In this document: one piece after another, positions 25,091-36,800 of the stretch | Numbering within the stretch: position 1 is the first letter of the stretch | Layout of the letters: each line of letters begins with the position of its first letter | Assembly (NCBI GenBank): GCA_030704615.1 | Contig: CM060734.1 | Location: forward strand, 44,268,001-44,332,000 | Reading direction: 5' to 3' | Origin: Takakia lepidozioides | Lineage: Eukaryota > Plantae > Bryophyta | Length of the DNA stretch: 64,000 nucleotides | The notes under the pieces: model-generated | What the model was told of the DNA's origin: nothing | Seen by the model: the letters and a program-made list of their open reading frames with translations, nothing else | Database searches by the model: none | Program-made: the position numbers and the translations under genes

Positions 25091-25719
25091 TCCGTCGTTA
25101 CCTAGCACGACAATGGTCTCGTCAACCTGTCCAGGAACATCCTTCCTTTCTTCTTCCAAATAAACTGTGCCCGTTTGAGCTTGAATTTGGAACAAAGGTA
25201 AGTTTCAGTCACTCTGCAAAGTCCTCCCTCGTTTGGGATCCAGGCTCTCCCAAGTTGCGGAGGACAGCAAACTATAGCGTAGGAATTCGGAGCCATCGAA
25301 CACCGCACGGAGTTGGCAAGTGCGAGGTTCAGTATAGCGACAGACCAAGGCTCACAGGCACCATCTAAGTGGATCTGCGGAGTCCATCGACGATTGGAAG
25401 TCGCACATTGAAGTGGAAAGTATTGTTTCAAGCTACATGCATGAAGGTGGGAGGTTTGATTCCATAGCCAGTGAGTATGACAATGATGGCCGATTCGGCG
25501 ACGAAATAACATCTCCTGACAGTTTCTCCTGAGGGTGGATCCAGCAGTATTCTCGTGCAGACAGGAACGTTCGCACTGACAAGTGCCAGGACTGCTGTTT
25601 TAAACGGTCAGACAACCAAGTTGTGCTCATCAAGACTGGCCGCAATTGTGTTGTTTCGGAACAATGCAACCCATTCAGGTTCCAGATTTCCCGTCCCGAG
25701 TGATTCTTTCGATTGCGGG

Positions 25720-27135
25720 TGGACGGAAATACGGCGCCGCATTTCCGTATTGCATCTTGGTCATGCACCAGAGCGACGGAATGCGGCACCGGGTTTCCGT
25801 CCGGGGAAACCTTTATACTCTCCAGAACGGAAATGCGGTAACGCATTTCCATCCAGCAGGCACGGTATGTGAAGGTGGAACGGAAATGCGGTACCGCATT
25901 TCCGTTCTGATTGAGATTTTATGAACAACGGGAACAGAAATGCGGCACCGCATTTCCGTCCGAGTCGCACTTTTCCGACATTCAGAACGAAAGCGGCGCC
26001 GCATTTCCATTTTGTATCTGATGCATGGAGCTGAGGGATAGAAATGCTGCAGCACATTTCCGTCCTTAAATACATTCATACTCCCAGAACGGAAATGCGG
26101 TACCGCATTTCATTCAACAAGCACGGTATGTGAAGGTGGAACGGAAATGCGGTACCGCATTCCGTTCTGATTGAGATTTACGAACAACGGGAACAGAAAT
26201 GCGGCACCGCATTTCGTCCGAGTCGCACTTTTCGACATTCCAGAACGAATGCGGCGCCGCATTTCCATTTTTGTATCTAATGCATGGAGCCGAGTGCGAT
26301 TCCGACAGCTTCATACAGCGCAATTCCGACCGCTTGAGACATTCATACTATCCATAACGGAACTGCGGCAAACGCATTTCCGTTCTGACTGAAAATCGTG
26401 AACCATCTGAACTAAATGCGGCACCGTATTTCCATCCGAGTCGCACCTACCAACATTCCAGAACGGAAATGCGGTACCGCATTTCGTTCTGACTGAACAT
26501 CGTGAACCGTCGGAAGCGAAATGCGGCAACGCATTTCCTCCGAGTCGCACCTCCCAACATTCCCAAACGGAATTATTCGATTCAAAAGGAATGCGGCACC
26601 GCATTTTCCGTTTTGATGAAATATCCTGAAACCTCGGAACTGAAATGCGGTACCGCATTTCCGTCGGAGTCCACTTCCGACATTCCAAAACGGAATGCGG
26701 CGCCGCATTTCGGTTTTGTATGTGAGCCTGGAGCTGTGGACGAAATGCGGCACGGCATTTCCGCCAGCGTCAGACGTTATACTCTACAGAACGGAATGCG
26801 GTACCGCATTTCCATTTTGACTGAAAATCGTGCGCAACGGGAACAGAAATCCGGCACCGCATTTCCGTTCGAGTCGCACCTTCCGACATTCTAGAACGGA
26901 AATGCGGCGCCGCATTTCCGTTTTGTATATTGGGCCCTGGAGCTGTGCTACGAAATGAGTAGCCGCATTTCCATCCATGTGAGACCTTCAACTTTCCGGA
27001 CGGAAATGCGGCACTCGCATTAATCTGTCCAGTGAGACCTCTAATCCTTCCCGAACGGAAATGTGGATCGTCTTTCCATTCATCATCTAACGGATGTGAA
27101 GTGGGAACGGAAATGTCGTACCGCATTTCCGTTCA
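25720..27135. repeat. Array of about 27 palindromes CGGAAATGCGGYRCCGCATTTCCG at ~53-bp period
   Basis: Copies near 25724, 25777, 25828, 25881, 25935, 25988, 26040, 26090 and onward to 27108. Spacers recur (ccgagtcgcac..ccgacattc) and a ~260-bp higher-order repeat is present. Confidence 0.9.
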
Positions 27136-27161
27136 CATTGAAAAATCATGAACCACGGAAC

Positions 27162-27661
27162 NNNNNNNNNNNNNNNNNNNNNNNNNNNNNNNNNNNNNNN
27201 NNNNNNNNNNNNNNNNNNNNNNNNNNNNNNNNNNNNNNNNNNNNNNNNNNNNNNNNNNNNNNNNNNNNNNNNNNNNNNNNNNNNNNNNNNNNNNNNNNNN
27301 NNNNNNNNNNNNNNNNNNNNNNNNNNNNNNNNNNNNNNNNNNNNNNNNNNNNNNNNNNNNNNNNNNNNNNNNNNNNNNNNNNNNNNNNNNNNNNNNNNNN
27401 NNNNNNNNNNNNNNNNNNNNNNNNNNNNNNNNNNNNNNNNNNNNNNNNNNNNNNNNNNNNNNNNNNNNNNNNNNNNNNNNNNNNNNNNNNNNNNNNNNNN
27501 NNNNNNNNNNNNNNNNNNNNNNNNNNNNNNNNNNNNNNNNNNNNNNNNNNNNNNNNNNNNNNNNNNNNNNNNNNNNNNNNNNNNNNNNNNNNNNNNNNNN
27601 NNNNNNNNNNNNNNNNNNNNNNNNNNNNNNNNNNNNNNNNNNNNNNNNNNNNNNNNNNNNN
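27162..27661. other. Assembly gap (500 N)
   Basis: Run of N. Flanking sequence shows many single-base indels. Confidence 0.99.
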
Positions 27662-30565
27662 GGTCCAAGGGGGCCGTGGTGAGCGGGCCAAGACTCACAG
27701 CGACTCATTACGGGCAGTCGAGGGTTTTCGTGGTGGTTCGCCATAAATGGCATGGCTGGTTGTGGAACCCCACCGCGGACAGCACAGAAGTATATATAGG
27801 GAGTAGTAACCCAAGAACGGTGCAAGCCCGTTGGTGACCAAACACTAGTGAGTAAGCGAGCGAGCCGGAAAGCGACCAAAGAGTGGGGAGCTGTTCCGGA
27901 CTGGGAAGGGTTGTTGGCGCAGTTTGGCGGGCGTTGAAAGACGTGTTGAAGGCGGCTAATGCCACTCCACTAAGGCAAAGTTTAGGTGAAGCCTAAGGAA
28001 CCCGGCACCTTCGAGGGCGTCCGAAATCGGAAGGCACTCAACATTTGCTCTTGGAGCTGGAGAGTACTTCCGGGCGGCCAAGTTGAGTGACGAGGTCGCG
28101 TGGAGTGGCTCCCACCTATTGAGGGGCTATGCTCAACAATGGTGGCAGAAACGCTTCACGACCGAGGTCAAGTCCGGAAACCTTGAACTGGAGTGGGTTC
28201 AAGGAATTGATGAAGAGACAGTTTGTGCCCTCAACGCGTCCTGGCTTGCCCGGGACAAGATGAGGAATTTGAAGCAAAAGATGACATTCGGGGTTATGTC
28301 CAGGCTTTCAATGTGCTGTTGCTCGAAGTCGCGGACATGGAGAACCAGAAATGGTCTTCAACTTTGTGGCGGGACGGCCCCATGGCCAGACGGAAGTGGG
28401 AGGAGGAAGCCACCAAGACTTGAACGAGGCAATTGAGAGGGGGAATGTTTCTCGGATGTCCCTAGGGGTGAGAGACAAGGCCGTAAGAGCTGAACCACAG
28501 AAGACCCGGCGGGAAGGTGACTCATTCTGACCGGAAAAGAAGTGGGATAGGCCACGCGACGACAATGGCACGTGGAAATCGAAGGGAGGGCCTTCACACG
28601 TCAAGGCGGCACCCAGTGCTTCGAAAGGAAAAGCGGGGTGGAGCGGCTTATGGCAGACAGAAGGCGACCTTTGATGGAGTGTGTTCAATTGCGGGGAGCC
28701 CGGGCACATGGCCAAGAAGTGCACGAAGCCCCGGCAATTGAACATGACTCGGGCGACCACGGAGCTGTCGGAAGATACCATCAGTCGCTTGGTGGAAGGG
28801 TGGTCGCCAGGACTTGCAAGGTAGGCAAATTTTCTTGTGAGTTGTATCAGGAAACTGACGCCTACGAAAAGGGAGTCAGTTATTGGTCGTGGATGGGATA
28901 ATATCCGGAACTAATGTGTCGTTGTTGGTGGACACAGGAGCGTCGCACTCCTTCATGACACCGGCAACGGCACAAAAGCTGGGACTCCCGACAAGTGAGT
29001 GGGGGCCTCTATTGAGGTGCGTTCTGCCAAAGGAGAACCACAGTTGGCGACAAGGTTGGCGTTTGATGTTCCTCTTCAACTGGGGAGTTGGGAGGGACGT
29101 GAGAACTTCACCATCTGCGAGATCGATGGGAGTAGATCTCATTTGGGGATGACCTTTTGAGCAAATCCGGAGCGGTCATAGATGGCCGCAAGAGAGTAGT
29201 CACGCTGCCATGTGGGAATGGTGGCGAGGTCTTACGAGTGTCGGAAACGCCCAAATCCGGTGGGAGGGCGAATAATCCTTCTGTCAGCAAGGGAGTGGGC
29301 CGTGGAGGAGGCACACGAACCCCAGTTCTTGCTTACATTAGAGAAGTGAAGGGAGAAGGCGATGGGGAGCCGAGCCCAGATTGGATCAAGGGGATTTGGG
29401 GGAAATACCAGGATGTGATGCCGGAGGATTTACCAAGCGGCTTGCCACGCGAAGAGGAGTTGACCACAAGATTGAGGTGATACCGGGAACGGAACCGCCT
29501 GCCAGGCACCCTACCGGTTGAGCCACAGGGAGTTGGTCGAGCTGAAGACTCAGCTCAAGGATCTAATGTCAAAGGGGTACATCCGGCCGAGTAAGTCACC
29601 TTACGGAGCCCCGGTGCTATTCGCAGACAAGAAGGATGGGACGCTGCGGATGTGTGTCGATTACAGGCTCTGAATAAGGTGACTATCAAAAACCGGTACC
29701 CTTTGCCAAGGATCGACGACCTCTTCGATCGGTTGGCAGGAGCGAAGTATTTCAGCCGGGATCGACTTGCGCTCCGCTATCATCAAATTCGGGTGGCGGA
29801 AGGAGATGAGGAGAAGACCGCGTGCAGGACAAGGTATGGTTCATATGAGTTCTTGGTGATGCCTTTTGGGCTCACCAATGCACCAGCGACATTTAGCACG
29901 CTGATGAACAACTTTTTTCAGGAGTGGTTGGATGACTTTGTGATCGTGTACATCGACGACATCTTGGTGTACTCGAAAAAACAAGGAGGAGCACCTGGAG
30001 CACCTCAAAAGGATGTTCCAAAAATTGCGAGAAGGGAAGCTGTATGCCAAAGCTTCAAAGTGCGAATTCGGGGTCACGAAAGTGGAGTTCTTGGGGCATG
30101 TGATTACACAGGATGGGATCAAAATGGATGACAGAAAGGTGAGGGCGATCTTGGACTGGGAGAGCCTCCAACGGTCCCGGGAGTGCGTTCCTTCCTAGGA
30201 CTCGCCTCCTATTACCGAAAGTATGTGAGAAATTTTGCCAAGATCGCGGGGCCGCTGTCGGACCTTCTGTGTAAATCTAAAGTCTGGGCATGGAACACCT
30301 TTTGTGGCCAAGCTTTTGCTGAATTGAAGCAGCGGATGGCGGAAGCTCCAGTCTTGAAAATCCCGGAGTTCGATCGTCCGTTCGAGATACATACAGATGC
30401 GTCGGACTTCGCGATTGGGGGTGTACTGATGCAAGATGGACGTCCAGTGGCTTACAAAAGTAAGAAACTGAATGAAGTGGAGCGATGGTGGCCGACTCAC
30501 GAGAAAGAGATGAAGGCGGTGGTGCACTGTCTTGAGCTCTGGCGCCACTATGTGGTTCCAACCCA

Positions 30566-32215
30566 GTGAAGGTGTTCACGGACAATATCACGGTGAAGTA
30601 TTTTGCCACGCAGCCCAAGTTGTCCCCAAAACAACTTAGGTGGCAAGATACTTTGGCGGTGTTCGACGTGGATATCCAGTACAAAACGGGACGAGACAAC
30701 GTGGTGGCCGATGCTTTAAGTAGAAAGCAGCAGCTCTTGTTGGTGTACAAGGGCGAGACGGCGCTCCAAAGGAAGATCCGGAAGGCTTGCCGGAAGGATG
30801 AGCTGGCAAAGTCCGTGATGCAGGACTTGAGAATGGGGGTTAAATCGCAGTTCCACTTGCAAAATGGGTTGCTCCGGTATAAGCAAAAGCGTCTCTACGT
30901 GCCGAAGGGAGGGATCAGAGATAGCCTCTTGAGAGAATGCCATGATAGCCCGCTTGCGGGCCACGGCGGAGCCAAGCGCACTGCGGCACTCCTGAAGAAA
31001 GAGTATTTCTGGCCCAAACTGAGGGAGGAGGCAGAGGAGTATGTCAAGACATGCACCACATGCCAACAAAACCGGAGCGAGTACAAAAAGCAAGCGGGGC
31101 TGTTACAACCCTTGCCGATTCCAGAGGGGACTTGGGAAAGCGTCTCGATGGATTTCATGACTGCTATGCCGCTATCAAAAGGATTCGATGCAATCATGGT
31201 GGTGGTGGATAGGTTCAGTAAAATGGGCCATTTCATCCCCACCAAGGAGACGGCAACGGCGCAGGAGACAGGGCGACTTTACTTCACCCACGTCTTAAAG
31301 CATCATGGAGTCCCGAAGGATATTGTCTCGGATCGCGATCCAAAGTTTACGAGTAAAATTTGGAGGACACTTTGGAAGAAGATGGGGACGAGGCTGAAGA
31401 TGAGCACCGCCTTCCGACCTACGACGGACGGCCAAACGGAAAGAGTGAATTCCGTAGTGAAGCAATTCTTGCGGAATTACGTGTCGGCAGACCAATCAGA
31501 CTGGATGGAACACTTAGACGCGGCAGAGTTCTGTTATAATAACACAGAACACTCCGCAACGGGAGTTTCCCCTTTCGTGTTGGTCTATGGAAAAGCACCT
31601 CTGGTGCCGACAAGTTGGGCCACCCAGGACGTTGAGGAACCGGCAGTAGCGGCGGTACTGGAAGAACGCGAGCGTTTGTTGAAGCTCGCAAAGTACAATA
31701 TTGCCAAAGCTAGGAAACGGTATGAAAGGCAGGCGAATCGGAAGCGGAGGGAAGTGAAGTTTGAGGCAGGCACAGAGGTCTGGTTGAACATCAAGAATTT
31801 CCAACTACCTCTGGAAGTGAGTCCGAAGTTCGTACCTCCGTATGCGGGAACCTTTCGCATTCGGAAGGTTATGAATGAGGATGTGTATGAATTGGAGCTG
31901 CCGGCAAACAGCAAGGTGCACCCAGTATTCCATGTCTCCCTTTTGAAGCCTTACTTCAAAGATGAAGCGCGTCCGAATCGGCATCAAGTGTTGCGTCCGC
32001 CACCTATGCTGTTGGATCATGAAAATGAACCTGAGTACGAGGTGGAGGCAATACTTAAGTCGAGGAGGTTCAGGAACCGAGAAACGGAGTATCTCGTCAA
32101 ATGGAAGGGCTATCATCATGTGGAGGCATCTTGGGTGCGTGCCTCAGAAATGGGAAACGCATCCGAGGCGGTTGCAGCTTTCGAAGGGCGACCTCAAAAG
32201 CGGAAGAAGCGTTGA
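30566..32215 (+). CDS. Pol C-terminal ORF: end of RNase H, integrase (HHCC, DDE) and chromodomain
   Basis: 549 aa open. HDSPLAGH..CTTC, SMDFMT, IVSDRDPKF, DGQTERVN, EYEVEAIL..EYLVKWKGY..SW. Confidence 0.93.
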   Translation: MKVFTDNITVKYFATQPKLSPKQLRWQDTLAVFDVDIQYKTGRDNVVADALSRKQQLLLVYKGETALQRKIRKACRKDELAKSVMQDLRMGVKSQFHLQNGLLRYKQKRLYVPKGGIRDSLLRECHDSPLAGHGGAKRTAALLKKEYFWPKLREEAEEYVKTCTTCQQNRSEYKKQAGLLQPLPIPEGTWESVSMDFMTAMPLSKGFDAIMVVVDRFSKMGHFIPTKETATAQETGRLYFTHVLKHHGVPKDIVSDRDPKFTSKIWRTLWKKMGTRLKMSTAFRPTTDGQTERVNSVVKQFLRNYVSADQSDWMEHLDAAEFCYNNTEHSATGVSPFVLVYGKAPLVPTSWATQDVEEPAVAAVLEERERLLKLAKYNIAKARKRYERQANRKRREVKFEAGTEVWLNIKNFQLPLEVSPKFVPPYAGTFRIRKVMNEDVYELELPANSKVHPVFHVSLLKPYFKDEARPNRHQVLRPPPMLLDHENEPEYEVEAILKSRRFRNRETEYLVKWKGYHHVEASWVRASEMGNASEAVAAFEGRPQKRKKR

Positions 32216-32249
32216 TGGGGACATCAACCTTGGAGCGTGGGGGAGGAAA

Positions 32250-33846
32250 TGCATGCTTAGCCCGGCTTAGCTAGCTTAGGGATCCGATTACAAAAACTTG
32301 TATTGTACAAAAATTTGTTATAAAGGAAATGGGTTCCAAATGTTGTGCGTCCTATTTTGTTTGGAATGGTGATGCATGATATGGTTGGCTAGTGTGTAGA
32401 ATGCATGCTAGCTTATAAAAGTGGGAGAGGTAAATTGGGTTAATCGTGTGTTTGTGTAGTGCCAAAATCGGGTGACCCCCATCCGAGGGGCAAGAAACTT
32501 GCGCCTTCTTTGGGAGTTCACGTGCTAGTGCGCACCTGGCGCGTGCGCGTACTATAACTGCGCTACCGAGGGGGTTGCCTTGTAGTGCGGGCTAACGCGG
32601 AAGCCACGTGCTTCCGTTCACGTACTATAATTGTGTAGCCTCGGGACGAAGTCGTAGTGCGGCTTTGGCGTGTTCCCGTACCTCAGGCCAGCATTCCAAG
32701 GCAGACCCAATTGTAGTGATTGGGGCGCACGGTTGGTTCAAAGTTATCTTCCTAGTCAAAGAGGGTTCCAGGTGAACCCTTGCTCAAGGTAATGCCAAAA
32801 GCGGCATCATGAGCGGTCGCAAGCATTGTTGTTGCAGTAAGGCGATTCGATCCTCAAGGAGGATCGTTCCTTGGCCTTGAAGTAGGCCAAGAAGAGTGCA
32901 CTGGGAGGAGCTGGAGAGGCTCCACCCTTGGCCGGGACTTGGAGGAAGTCGGCCGAACTAGCTAGTGGAGAGTAGAGTCAAGTGTGGGGTTTGGTTCTTT
33001 GCCATGGGACGCCATGGTGCGGAAACAAACTCCTTGATGTGGGACGCCACAACTTGGATGTTCGTTTCTACAAAATGGACAAGTCGATGAGGACATCGAC
33101 TCCCTGTTGGTAGGGGTGTGTGTCGCGGCCCTTTGCCTTGAGGGCAGGGGGGTCGGGACATATGAGGGGCTGCCCCTGTGGTGGGGGCAGTGGCAGCAAT
33201 AGGTATGGGGGGCTGAAGCACCCTTGAGTGCCCAAGGCACTCAAGGAGGCGGAGGCGCTCACTAGGTGGAGCCCCGCACACCGGGTTGCGGTGGGGGTGG
33301 CTCCACAAGGGGTGGTGGTAGCTTAGCGGGACTTAGGGGGGTGGCATATGACTCACCATGGGGGCGGAGACCTCGTGGTGGGAGTCGTGGGGAGTCTTGG
33401 GACTCATCACGGTCCATAGGGGCCGTGGTGAGCGGGCCAAGACTCACCGCGACTCATCACCGGGAGTCGAGGGTTTTCGTGGTGGTTCGCCATAAAATGG
33501 CATGGCTGGTTGTGGAACCCCCGCGGACAGCTACAGAAGTATATATAGGGAGTAGTAACCCCGAGAACGGTGCAAGCCCGTTGGTGACTAAAAACTAGTG
33601 AGTAAGCGAGCGAGCCGGAAAGCGACCAAAGAGTGGGGAGCTGTTCCGGACTGCCATCTACCAAAGGGAATTCTCCTAGTCCCAATTAGGTGGAGGGTTT
33701 AGAGGGAAGCGAAGGGGGACCGTTATGTCCCGGTGAGCAGCCGAAGCTCCAAGTTGGCTCGGGCGGCCAGGCTGGGAGTCAGGCGCGCGCATCAAAGCGA
33801 GTAACTATGACTTGAAGGGGAGCTTACCGAAGTGAGGTGCGCGACA
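32250..33846 (+). repeat. 3' LTR (about 1.6 kb) of the chromovirus
   Basis: Begins TG after the PPT and ends gcgcgaCA, immediately followed by the minus-strand pol of the host element. Confidence 0.75.
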
Positions 33847-36800
33847 CGGCCAGGCTTGTAAACAATTTCGAATTCAAACTCGTGCAAGATTATTAACCAC
33901 CTTGCTATCCTTCCACTTATCAAAGGTTTGTTCACCAGATATATCAGAGCCTGGTGATCCACATAAAACATAAACTTTCTTCCCAATAGGTAATGCCTGA
34001 ATTTCTTGACTGCATAAATCATTGCCAGTGCTTCTCTTTCAGTTGTGCTATAGTTCCTTTCAACACTGTTCATCAACCTGCTAGCATAGTACACATGTGA
34101 ATCTATATTTCCTGTAACATTTTGGGCTAACACTGCTCCCAACGCTTCTCCTGAGGCATCACAGTGAACATAAAATACTACATGTCAGTGTGGGTTAATC
34201 AGCACAGGTGTAGTTATTACTGACAATGTAAGTTCCTCAAAAGCCTGTTGACATTCAGCTGTCCATGCAAACACTGCATCTTTCTTCAGAAGCTTGCTCA
34301 ATGGTGCTGCTATCTGTGCATACCGTCTGACAAATCTTCTGTAATAACTAGTTTGGCCAAGGAATCTCCTTAGACTCTTAACATTTATTGGTGGTGGAGA
34401 GGCTTTAATGGCCTCTGTCTTTCTGGGATCCATAAGAAGTCCCCTCTTACACACAATGTGTCCCAAAAGCATCCCTGAGTTCACACAGAAAGTACACTTC
34501 TCTGGATTCAGGCCCAGACCTCTCATCCTGCATCTGGCCAAACATAACTCCAATTTATGCAACTGCTCATTCTTAGAGCTGTACACACTGAAATCATCCA
34601 AGAACACCTGCATGAAATCATCCAGATACTCATGAAAAGATTCATTTATCACTCTCTGAAAGGTTGCTGGTGCATTACAAAGTCCAAAAGGCATTACTTT
34701 GTATGCATAAGCACCCCAGTCTGTGATGAAAGCTGTCTTTCCCTGGTCTTCTTCTGCCACTTGCACTTGATTATAACCACTGAAGCCATCCATGAATGAA
34801 TACATCTCATGGCCTGCCACAGTGTCCAATACCGCTTCTGTGAATGGCAAAGGGAAATGATCTTTCTTCGTGCAAGCATTCAACTTCTTATAGTTCACAC
34901 AAACTCTCAGTTTACCATTCTTCTTGGGAACTATCACAATGGGTGACAACCAAGTTGTATACTCTATCGGGTATATAAACTTAGCCTCAGCCAACTTCTT
35001 GATCTCTTCTCCAACCTTCTGTGCATAGTTGGGATTCATTCTGTACCTTGCCTGTTTGATTTGTACTGACCCTGGTTCCAGTTCAATCTTATGCTGACAG
35101 ATCTCAGGTGGTATCCCTTTTAGATCCTCGTAGCTCCAACAAATATATCTCTGTATTTGATGAACAAACTCTTAGCTTCCTCAAAGAATTCGGGCTCCAA
35201 ATCAGTCCCTACCTTCACCATCCTCGGTTCCTCTTCAGTTCCCACATTCACTTCTCTCACCTGCTCATCAGCTGTGATTGTCCAACCAGTCACCACTTCA
35301 TCTTGTAAACTCACAGTGGCTGATTCCTCTATGATTTCCATTTCTCCCTCTCTTTCTTCATAGAAATGTGGTGGGTAACTGCTTGTTTCACCCTCAATTG
35401 GTGACCCAACAATAAGGAGTAAGCTTCCATGACTTCATCCATTTTCAACACAGTTACTGTGATCATAAAGATCATCTTTTGAATCTGTATCTTAACTCCT
35501 CTTATCAATCCCAATGGCTGTACACTTCTTTGATCTACCATTGTTACTATAAATGGGGCTGGTTTCATGTTACTTAGACCAAGCTTCTGCCTTAATTGGT
35601 CTGTCATGATATTCACTCCAGAGCCTCCATCTATCAGTACATCAGTTAGTTCTGTGCTTCCAATTCTCAATTGGATTACTGGCATAGAATCATCAAAGTC
35701 CATGACTGTTTCTCGCCCTTCCGGCTTCACATTATAACTGGTCACCTTGCTGTTCAGGTCTGTGTTCCCTGTCATATGGGCAATTCGATTGATTGCTTGA
35801 TACAGCCTGTGTCTACAATATGGCACCACAGCCAATAGCTGTCCAATGGTAATCTCCGCTTTGGACTGGCATATTACTTCAGCCAAAGTCCCTTCATTAC
35901 TTTGCATTTCTGCAGCTTCTTTCTTCCCTTCATCCTCACTCACTTCCTCTTCTCTTTCAGAATCAGAGGAATCTGCCCTAGGAATATCAATATTCTTCTG
36001 CATTTCCCTTATGGTATCTGCCACTTCCTTGTGCAGTTCCTTCTCATCTCTCCAAGCCTATCATCTTCAGGCACATCACTGCCATCTTCATTATCATCAA
36101 ATTCCTTATCTACTGGAGGTATTATTTTGGCTTTGCTTCTGGTTACTATCATTGTACTTACTTCTGGTACAACACATGGCCTAACCATGTGAGCTGCCAC
36201 CACTGGCCCCTCATTCACAGGAGCTCTCATCTCATTCTGGTGTCTGATCCAGAATGGACAGGCTGCCTTGCGATGTCCTGCCTGATTACAATAGTAACAC
36301 AGTTCTTCCCCATTATGTCCTCGCCCTTGGTCTGTTCTGGGAATGTTTCTGTAATCCTGATTCCCTGGCTGGTAATTCCCCCTTGGATTACCCTGAGAGT
36401 TGCCTCTGGAATTTCCTTGGTAATTCCCTCTTGGATTACCTCTCCCTTCCATGCCATTGTTATAACCACCAGGCCTACCATAGTGGTCCTGATCACTGTT
36501 TCTTCTTGGCTGGGGCTGCACTTGATGCACCCTTACTTGCCTAGGTTCTCTAGCTGCTGTCCTTCTGTTGTAGTAACAATTCTCAGTAGAATAGTTATCC
36601 ATTTTACAGATAGTATAGTGTTTCTTCTTCATGTGGCATTCAGTGGTGGTATGGCCTTCATTTTGGCACTTTGCACACCAAACACCCTTCCTCCAATGTG
36701 TTGCAGCCTTTCTTCAAGATTTCTTCTAATCTTTTCTCATAGTTATCCCTCTTCAACTTTTCCTTCCTCTTACTCTTCCTTTTCAGCTCTTGCTCTTTTT

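Larger units (their letters stand above)
20830..27161 (-). mobile_element. Mutator-like (MULE) DNA transposon; right end lost in the assembly gap
   Basis: Transposase pseudogene flanked on both sides by GGAAATGCGG-containing sites (20968, 21321, 21416 and the 25720-27135 array). A catgagccg microrepeat marks the left end. Confidence 0.75.
27662..33846 (+). mobile_element. Ty3/Gypsy chromovirus LTR retrotransposon
   Basis: 5' LTR piece 27662-27903 matches 33411-33653. Gag knuckle CFNCGEPGHMAKKC, protease LVDTGASHSF, RT YIDDIL, RNase H TDASDFAIG, then integrase and chromodomain. PPT at 32239-32249. Gag-RT is frameshifted. Confidence 0.95.

Noticed and set aside
25720-27135. CRISPR array (palindromic repeats with ~30-bp spacers)
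   Set aside because: Spacers recur and form higher-order repeats, no cas genes are present, the context is eukaryotic, and the same motif occurs at the other end of the transposon.
27063-27879. Long ORFs across the N run
   Set aside because: Artefacts of translating the assembly gap.
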